NCBI RefSeq assembly: GCF_009914755.1
Contig: NC_060933.1
DNA length: 64,000 nucleotides
Reading direction: 5' to 3' (one strand)
From: the human T2T-CHM13v2.0 reference genome, Homo sapiens
A program made the position numbers and the translations under genes. Positions 54,871 to 64,000 of the stretch are shown one piece after another (position 1 is the first letter of the stretch; every line of letters begins with the position of its first letter). The notes below the pieces were generated by a model. That model searched no databases and had not been told where the DNA came from. It saw only the letters and a program-made list of their open reading frames with translations.

Positions 54871-57800
54871 TCAATCATTCCGAGTGGAATGGAAGGGAAT
54901 ATAATGGAGTGGAAAGAAGGGAATGGAATCAACCCGAGTGGAATGCAAGGCAATGGAATGGAATGGAAAGGAATGGAAACGAATCAACTCGATTGCAATG
55001 GAATGGAATTCCATGGAATTTAATGGAATGGAATGGAAAGGAATGGAATGGAATGAAATGGAATGGAATGGAATGAAATGGAATGGAATGGAATGCAATG
55101 GAATGGAATCAACCAGAGTGCAATCAAATGGAATCGAATGGAATGGAATGCAATGGAATGGATTCAACTTGAATGGAATGGAAAGAATGGAATCAACACG
55201 CGTGGAATGGCATGGATTGGAATGGAATGGAATGGAATCAACCTGAGTACAGGGGAATGGAATGGAATGGAATGCAATGGAATAGAATCATCCGTATTGG
55301 AATGGAAAGGAATGGAATGGAATGGAATGGAATGGAATGGAATGGAATGGAATGGAATCAACTCGATTGCAATCGAATGGAATGGAATGGAATTAACCCG
55401 AATAGAATGGAATGGAATGGAATGGAACGGAACGGAAAGGAACGGAATGGAATGGAATGGAATGGAACGGAAAGGAATGGAATGGAATGGAATGGAATGG
55501 AATGGAATGGAATGGAATGGAATCAACGCGAGTGCAGGGGAATGGAATGTAATGGAATGCAATGGAATGGAATCTTCCGGAATGGAATGGAATGAAATTG
55601 AATAAACCCGAGTGCAATGGAATGGAGTGCAATGGAATGGAATGGAATGGAACAACCCGAATGGAATCGAATGTAATGGAGAGTAAGGGAGTTGAATAGA
55701 ATCAATCCGAATGTAATGGAATGGAATGGAATGGAACGGAATGGAATGGAATGGAATGGAATGGAATGCAATGGAATGGAATCAACCCGAGTACAATGGA
55801 ATGGAATGGAATGGAAAGGAATGGAATGGAATGGAGTGGAATGGAATGGAATGGAATCAACCCGAGTGCAATGGAATGGAGTGAAATGGAATGGAATGGA
55901 ATGGAAACAACCAGAATGGATTGGAATATAACGGAGTGTAAGGGAATTGAATAGAATCAATCTGAATGTAATGAAATGCAATGGAACGGAATGGAATGTA
56001 ATGGAATGGAATGGAATGGAAAGCAATGTAATGGAATCAACCCGAGTGCAATCGAATGGAATCGAATGGAATGGAATGCAATGGAATGGATTCAACTTGA
56101 ATGGAAAGTAAAGAATGGAATCAACGCGAGTGGAATGGCATGGATTGGAATGGAATGGAATGGAATCAACCCGAGTACAGGGGAATGGAATGGAATGGAA
56201 TGCAATGGAATGGAATCATCCGTAATGGAATGGAAAGGAATGGAATGGAATGGAAAGGAATGGAATGGAATGGAAGGGAATGGAATCAACTCGATTGCAA
56301 ACGAATGGAATGGAATGGAATAAACCCGAATAGAATGGAATGGAATGGAACGGAACGGAACGCAATGGAATGGAATGGAATTTAATGGAACGGAAAGGAA
56401 TGGAATGGAATGGAATGGAATGGAATGGAATCAACTCGAGTGCAGGGGAATGGAATGGAATCGAATGGAATGGAATGGAATGGAATGGAATCAACCCGAG
56501 TGCAGGGGAATGTAATGGAACGGAATGCAATGGAATGGAATCATCCGAAATGGAATGGAATGGAATGGAATGGAATGGAATGAACCCGAGTGCAATGGAA
56601 TGGAGTGGAATAGAATGGAATGGAATGGAACAACCCGAATGGAATGGAATGTAATGGAGAGTAAGGGAGTTGAAAAGAATCAATCCGAATGTAATGGAAT
56701 GGAATGGAACGGAATGGAATGGAATGGAATGGAATGGAATGGAATGGAATGCAATGGAATGGAATCAACCCGAGTACAATGGAATGGAATGGAATGGAAT
56801 GGAATGGAATGGAATGCAATGGAATGGAATCTTCCGGAATGGAATGGAATGCAATGGAATGGAATGGAATGCAATGGATTCAACTCGATTGCAATGGAAT
56901 GGAATAGAATGGAATGGAATGGAATGGAATGGAATTAAACCGAATAGAATGGAATGGAATGGAATGGAACGGAACGGAACGGAACGGAGTGGAATGGAAT
57001 GGAATGGAATTGTATGGAATGGAATGGAATGGTACGGAATAGAATGGAATGGAAAGAATTGGAATGGAATGGAATCGAATGGAATGGAATGGAATGGAAT
57101 GGAATCAACCCGAGTGTAGGGGAATGTAATGGAACGGAATGCAATGGAATGGAATCATCCGGAATGGAATGGAAAGGAATGGAATGGAATGGAATGGAAT
57201 GGAATCAACTCGATTGCAATCGAATTGAATGGAATGGAATTAACCCGAATAGAATGGAATGGAATGGAATGGAATGGAACGGAACGGAATGGAATGGAAT
57301 GGAATGGAATGGAACGGAAAGGAAGGGAATGGAATGGAATAGAATGGAATGGAATGGAATCAACGCGAGTGCAGGGGAATGGAATGGAATGGAATGCAAT
57401 GGAATGGAATCTTCCGGAATGGAATGGAATGGAATGGAATGGAATGGAATGGAATCAACCCGAGTGCAATGGAATGGAGTGGAATGGAATGGAATGGAAT
57501 GGAACAACCCGAATGGAATGGAATGTAATGGAGAGTAAGGGAGTTGAATAGAATCAATGCGAACGTAATGGAATGGAATGGAACGGAATGGAATGGAATG
57601 GAATGGAATGGAATGGAATGGAATGCAATGGAATGGAATCAACCCGAGTGCAATCGAATGGAATCGAATGGAATGGAATGCAATGGAATGGATTCAACTT
57701 GAATGGAATGGAAAGAATAGAATCAACACGAGTGGAATGGCATGGATTGGAATGGAATGGAATGGAATCAACCCGAGTACAGGGGAATGGAATGGAATGG

Positions 57801-60800
57801 AATGCAATGGAATGGAATCATCCGTAATGGAATGGATAGGAATGGAATGGAATGGAATGGAATGGAATGGAATGGAATGGAATCAACTAGATTGCAATCG
57901 AATGGAATGGAATGGAATTAACCCGAATAGAATGGAATGGAATGGAATGGAACGGAATGGAATGGAATGGAATGGAATGGAATGGAATGGAACGGAATGG
58001 AACGGAATGGAATGGAATGGAATGGAATGGAATGGAATCAACGCGAGTGCAGGGGAATGGAATGGAATGGAATGCAATGGAATGGAATCTTCCGGAATGG
58101 AATGGAATGGAATGGAATGGAATGAAATGCAATGGATTCAACTCTATTGCAATGGAATGGAATAGAATGGAATGGAATGGAATGGAATGGAATTAATCCG
58201 AATAGAATGGAATGGTATGCAATGGAACGGAATGGAACGGAATGGAATGGAATGGAATGGAATGGAATGGAATGGTATGGAATCGAATGGAATGGTACGG
58301 AATAGAATGGAATGGAACGAATTGTAATGGAATGGAATTGAATGGAATGGAATGGAATGGAATGGAATCAACGCGAGAGCACGGGAATGTAATGGAACGG
58401 AATGCAATGGAATGGAATCATCCGGAATGCAATGGAATGGAATGGAATGGAATGGAATCAACCCGAGTGCAATGGAATGGAGTGGAATGGAATGGAATGG
58501 AATGGAACAACCCGAATGGAATGGAATGGAATGGAGAGTAAGGGAGTTGAATAGAATCAATCCGAATGTAATGTAATGGAATGGAACGGAATGGAATTGA
58601 ATGGAATGCAATGGAATGGAATGGAATGGAATGGAATGGAGTGGAATGCAATGGAATGGAATCAACCCGAGTGCAATCGAATGGAATCGAATGGAATGGA
58701 ATGCAATGGAATGGATTCAACTTGAATGGAATGGAAAGAATGGAATCAACACGAGTGGAATGGCATCGATTGGAATGGAATGGAATGGAATCTACCCGAG
58801 TACAAGGGAATGGAATGGAATGGAATGCAATGGAATGGAATCATCCGTAATGGAATGGAAAGGAATGGAATGGAATGGAATGGAATGGAATGGAATGGAA
58901 TGGAATCAACTCGATTGCAATCGAATGGAATGGAATGGAATGGAATGGAATGGAACAACCCGAATGGAATGGAATGTAATGGAGAGTAAGGGAGTTGAAT
59001 AGAATCAATCCGAATGTAATGGAATGGAATGGAACGGAATGGAATTGAATGGAATGGAATGGAATGCAATGGAATGGAATCAACCCGAGAGCAATGGAAT
59101 GGAGAGGAATGGAATGGAATGCAATGGAAACTACCCGAATGGAATGGAATGTAATGGAGTGTAAGGGAATTGAATAGAATCAATCCGAATGTAACGGAAT
59201 GGAATGGAACGGAATGTAATGGAATGGAATGGAATGGAATGGAATGGAATCAACTCGATTGCAATCAAATGGAATGGAATGGAATTAACCCGAATAGAAT
59301 GGAATGGAATGGTATGGAACGGAACGGAATGGAATGGAATGGAATGGAATGGAATGGAATGGAATGGAATGGAAGGGAAAGGAAGGGAATGGAATGGAAT
59401 AGAATGGAATGGAATGGAATCAACGCGAGTGCAGGGGAATGGAATGGAATGGAATGCAATGGAATGGAATATTCCGGAATGGAATGGAATTGAATGGAAT
59501 GGAATGGAATCAACCCGAGTGCAATGGAATGGAGTGGAATGGAATGGAATGGAATGGAACAACCCAAATGGAATTTAATGTAATGGAGAATAAGGGAGTT
59601 GAATAGAATCAACCCGAAAGTAATGGAATGGAATGGAACGGAATGGAATTGAATGGAATGGAATGGAATGCAATGGAATGGAATCAACCCGAGTGCAATC
59701 TAATGGAATCGAATGGAATGGAATGCAATGGAATGGATTCAACTTGAATGGAATGGAAAGAATGGAATCAACACGAGTGGAATGGCATGGATTGGAATGG
59801 AATGGAATGGAATCAACCCGAGTACAGGGGAATGGAATGGAATGGAATGCAATGGAATGGAATCATCCGTAATGCAATGGAAAGGAATGGAATGGAATGG
59901 AATGGAATGGAATGGAATGGAATGGAATCAACTCGATTGCAATCGAATGGAATGGAATGGAATTAACCCGAATAGAATGGAATGGAATGGAATGGAACGG
60001 AACGGAATGGAATGGAATGGAATGGAATGGAACGGAACGGAACGGAACGGAATGGAATGGAATGGAATGGAATGGAATCAACGCGAGTGCAGGGGAATGG
60101 AATGGAATGGAATGCAATGGAATGGAATCTTCCGGAATGGAATCGAATGGAATGGAATGGAATGAAATGCAATGGATTCAACTCGATTGCAATGGAATGG
60201 AATAGAACGGAATGGAATGGAATGGAATGGAATGCAATGGTGTAGAATGGAATGGAATGGTACGGAATAGAATGGAATGGAATGAATTGTAATGGAATGG
60301 AATTGAATGGAATGGAATGGAATGGAATGGAATCAACGCGAGTGCAGGGGAATGTAATGGAATGGACTGCAATTGAATGGAATCATCCGTAATGGAATGG
60401 AAAGGAATGGAATGGAATGGAATGGAATGGAATGGAATGGAATGGAATCAACTCGATTGCAATCGAATGGAATGGAATGGAATTAACCCGAATAAAATGG
60501 AATGGAATGGAATGGAATGGAACGGAACGGAATGGAATGGATTGGAATGGAATGGAACGGAAAGGAATGGAATGGAATGGAATGCAATGGAATGGAATCT
60601 TCCGGAATGGAATGGAATGGAATGGAATGGAATGGAATGGAATAAACCCGAGTGCAATGGATTGGAGTGGAATGGAATGGAATGGAATGGAACAACCCGA
60701 ATGGAATGGAATGTAATGCAGTGTAAGGGAGTTGAATAGAATCAATCCGAATGTAATGGAATGGAATGGAAGGGAATGGAATGGAATGGAATGGAATGGA

Positions 60801-63800
60801 ATGGAATGGAATGGAATGCAATGGAATGGAATCAACCCGAGTCCAATCGAATGGAATCGAATGGAATGGAATGCAATGGAATGGATTCAACTTGAATGGA
60901 ATGGAAAGAATGGAATCAACACGAGTGGAATGGCATGGATTAGAATAGAATGGAATGGAATCAATCCGAGTACAGGGGCATGGAATGGAATGGAATGCAA
61001 TTGAATGGAATCATCCGTAATGGAATGGAAAGGAATGGAATGGAATGGAATGGAATGGAATGGAATGGAATGGAATGGAATGGAGTCAACTCGATTGCAA
61101 TCGAATGGAATGGAATGGAATTAACCCGAGTAGAATGGAATGGAATGGAATGGAACGGAACGGAACGGAATGGAATGGAATGGAATGGAACGGAACGGAA
61201 CGGAATGGAATGGAATGGAATGGAATGGAATGGAATGGAATGGAATGGAATCAACGCGAGTGCAGGGGAATGGAATGGAATGGAATGCATTGGAATGGAA
61301 TCTTCCGGAATGGAATGGAATGGAATGGAATGGAATGGAATGGAATTAACCCGAATAGAATGGAATGGAATGGAATGGAACGGAATGGAACGGAATGGAA
61401 TGGAATGGAATGCAATGGAATGGTATGGAATGGAATGGAATGGTACGGAATAGAATGGAATGGAACGAATTGTAATGGAATGGAATTGAATGGAATGGAA
61501 TGGAATGGAATGGAATCAACGCGAGTGCAGGGGAATGTAATGGAACGGAATGCAATGGAATGGAATCATCCGGAATGGAATGGAATGGAATGGAATGGAA
61601 TGGAATGGAATGGAATCAACCCGAGTGCAATGGAATGGAGTGGAATGGAATGGAATGGAATGGAACAACCCGAATAGAATGGAATGTAATGGAGAGTAAG
61701 GGAGTTGAATAGAATCAATCCGAATGTAATGGAATGGAATGCAACGGAATGGAATGGAATGGAATGGAATGGAATGCAATGGAATGGAATCAACCCGAGT
61801 ACAATGGAATGGAATGGAATGGAATGGAATGGAATGGAATGGAATGCCTTCAAACCGAATGGAATGGAAAGGAATGGAATCAACACGAGTGGAATGGAAT
61901 GGAATGGAATGGAATGGAATGGAATGATACGGAATAGAATGGAATGGAACAAAATGGAATGGAATGGAATGGAATGGAATGGAATGGAATGGAATGGAAT
62001 CGTTCCGAGTGGAATAGGAGGGAATGTATTCGAGTGGAATGGAAAGGAATGGAAACAACCAGAGTGGAATGGAAGGGAATGGAATGGAATGGAAACTAAT
62101 AGAATGGAATCAACCCGAGTGGAATGGAATGGAAAGGACTGGAATGGAAAGGAATGGAATGGAATGGAATGGAATGGAATGGAATGGAATGGAATCAACG
62201 CGAGTGCAGGGGAATGGAATAGAATCGAATGGAATGGAATGGAATGGAATGGAATCAACCCGAGTGCAGGGGAATGTAATGGAACGGAATGCAATGGAAT
62301 GGAATCATCCGGAATGGAATGGAATGGAATGGAATGGAAACAACCCGAGTGCAATGGAATGGAGTGGAATGGAATGGAACGGAATGGAACAACCCGAATG
62401 GAATGGAATGTAATGGAGAGTAAGGGAGTTGAAAAGAATCAATCCGAATGAAATGGAATGGAATGGAACGGAATGGAATGGAATGGAATGGAATGGAATG
62501 GAATGGAATGGAATGCAATGGAATGGAATCAACCCGAGTACAATGGAATGGAATGGAATGGAATGGAATGGAATGCAATGGAATGGAATCTTCCGGAATG
62601 GAATGGAATGGAATGGAATGGAATGGAATGGAATGCAATGGATTCAACTCGATGCAATGGAATGGAATAGAATGGAATGGAATGGAACGGAATGGAATTA
62701 AACCGAATAGAATGGAATGGAATGGAATGGAACGGAACGGAACGGAAAGGAACGGAACGGAACGGAACGGAGTGGAATGGAATGGAATGGAATTGTATGG
62801 AATGGAATGGAATGGTACGGAATAGAATGGAATGGAAAGAATTGGAATCGAATGGAATCGAATGGAATGGAATGGAATGGAATGGAATCAACCAGAGTGC
62901 AGGGGAATGTAATGGAACGGAATGCAATGGAATGGAATCATCCGGAATGGAATGGAATGGAATGGAATGGAATGGAATGGAATGGAATCAACCCGAGTGC
63001 AATGGAATGGAGTTGAATGGAATGGAATGGAATGGAAGAACCCGAATGGAATGTAATGTAATGGAGAGTAAGGGAGTTGAATATAATCAATCCGAATGTA
63101 ATGGAATGGAACGGAATGGAATGGAATGGAATGGAACGGAATGGAATGGAATGCAATGGAATGGAATCAACCCGAGTACAATGGAACGGAATGGAATGGA
63201 ATGGAATGTAATGGAATGGAATGGAATGGAATGGAATGGAATGGAATCAACCCGAGTGCAATGGAATGAAGAGGAATGGAATGGAATGGAATGGAAACTA
63301 CCCGAATGGAATGGAATGTAATGGAGTGTAAAGGAATTGAATAGAATCAATCCGAATGCAATGGAATGGAATGGAATGGAACGGAATGGATTGGAATGGA
63401 ATGGAATCAACCCGAGTGCAGGGGAATGGAATGGAATGGAATGCAATGGAATGGAATCATCCGGAATGGAATGGAATGGAATGCAATGGAATGGAATGGA
63501 ATGGAATCAACCCAAGTACAATGGAATGGAGTGAAATGGAATGGAATGGAATGGAAACAACCAGAATGGATTGGAATATAATGGAGTGTAAGGGAATTGA
63601 ATAGAATCAGTCTGAATGTAATGAAATGGAATGGAACGGAATGGAATGGAATGGAATGCAATGGAATGGAATCAACCCGAGTGCAATCGAATGGAATCGA
63701 ATGGAATGGAATGCAATGGAATGGATTCAACTTGAATGGAATGGAATGAATGGAATCAACACGACTGGAATGGCATGGATTGGAATGGAATGGATTGGAA

Positions 63801-64000
63801 TCAACCCGAGTACAGGGGAATGGAATGGAATGGAATGCAATGGAATGGAATCATCCGTAATGGAATGGAAAGGAATGGAATGGAATGGAATGGAATGGAA
63901 TGGAATCAACTCGATTGCAATCGAATGGAATGGAATGGAATTAAACCGAATAGAATGGAATGGAATGGAATGGAACGGAACGGAACGGAATGGAATGGAA

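Larger units (their letters stand above)
26..62599. promoter_or_regulatory. Dispersed perfect heat-shock elements (nGAAn nTTCn nGAAn), ~47 copies; sequence match only, binding not shown
   Basis: GGAAT-CTTCC-GGAAT and variants fit the canonical inverted three-pentamer HSE, with central pentamers at 31, 1126, 2954, 3807, 5166 ... 61302, 62590. HSF1 binding to satellite III in nuclear stress bodies is established knowledge; occupancy of this particular array is not known. Confidence 0.55.
1..64000 (+). repeat. Satellite III (HSat3-type) array, (GGAAT)n with interspersed CAACCCGAGT-family words; pericentromeric heterochromatin; runs off both window ends
   Basis: GGAAT dominates every line in one orientation. 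The CAACCCGAGT decamer (reverse complement ACTCGGGTTG), characteristic of satellite III, recurs hundreds of times. The HSat2-type GAATCGAATG periodic pattern is only a minor local word. No non-satellite sequence seen. Confidence 0.97.

Noticed and set aside
1-64000. CRISPR-like pattern of conserved words separated by spacers
   Set aside because: The apparent spacers are variable-length GGAAT runs, not unique sequences. There is no leader and no cas gene.
1-64000. Alu/L1/other mobile-element insertion or large inversion
   Set aside because: No poly(A) tail, target-site duplication or non-satellite stretch was seen, and GGAAT stays on the + strand throughout.
1-64000. Assignment to HSat2, alpha satellite, or a specific HSat3 subfamily or chromosome
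   Set aside because: There is no 171-bp monomer or CENP-B box, and GAATCGAAT is only a minor word. Subfamily assignment needs k-mer classification, which I cannot run.
1-64000. Annotating a SatIII lncRNA gene
   Set aside because: Stress-induced SatIII transcription is known for the family, but no start, end or expression of this array can be inferred from the sequence.

Overview
The whole 64 kb is one uninterrupted, single-orientation classical satellite III array (human/great-ape HSat3 type). It is (GGAAT)n on the + strand, (CATTC)n on the - strand, punctuated every ~20-100 bp by a small vocabulary of variant words (CAACCCGAGT, CAACTCGATT, TAACCCGAAT, CAACGCGAGT, CATCC/CTTCC, GAGAGTAAGGGAGTTG, CGTTCCGAGTGGAATAGGAGGG and others). 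I see no genes, RNA genes, transposon insertions, CRISPR array or large inversion. All six-frame ORFs (MEWNG/IPFHS repeats) are artefacts of a stop-free pentamer. The real structure is hierarchical: a ~0.85 kb module, older scrambled paralogous blocks, and three young local amplifications (2 x ~2.7 kb at 12.8-18.3 kb, 2 x ~2.41 kb at 31.7-36.6 kb, 3 x ~4.73 kb at 38.0-52.3 kb). The most notable observations are: (i) about 47 perfect three-unit heat-shock elements made by the xTTCx variant pentamer, within a background of TEAD/MCAT sites; (ii) a ~107-bp templated insert at the junction of the 2.8-kb-period duplication; (iii) pentamer register breaks that are always 1-2 nt losses; (iv) paired TTAGGGTTA telomere-type half-sites; (v) a probable 7-bp micro-inversion. 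I found no support for a new protein-coding system. Counts and breakpoints were read by eye and are approximate, and the subfamily and chromosome cannot be assigned from this window alone.
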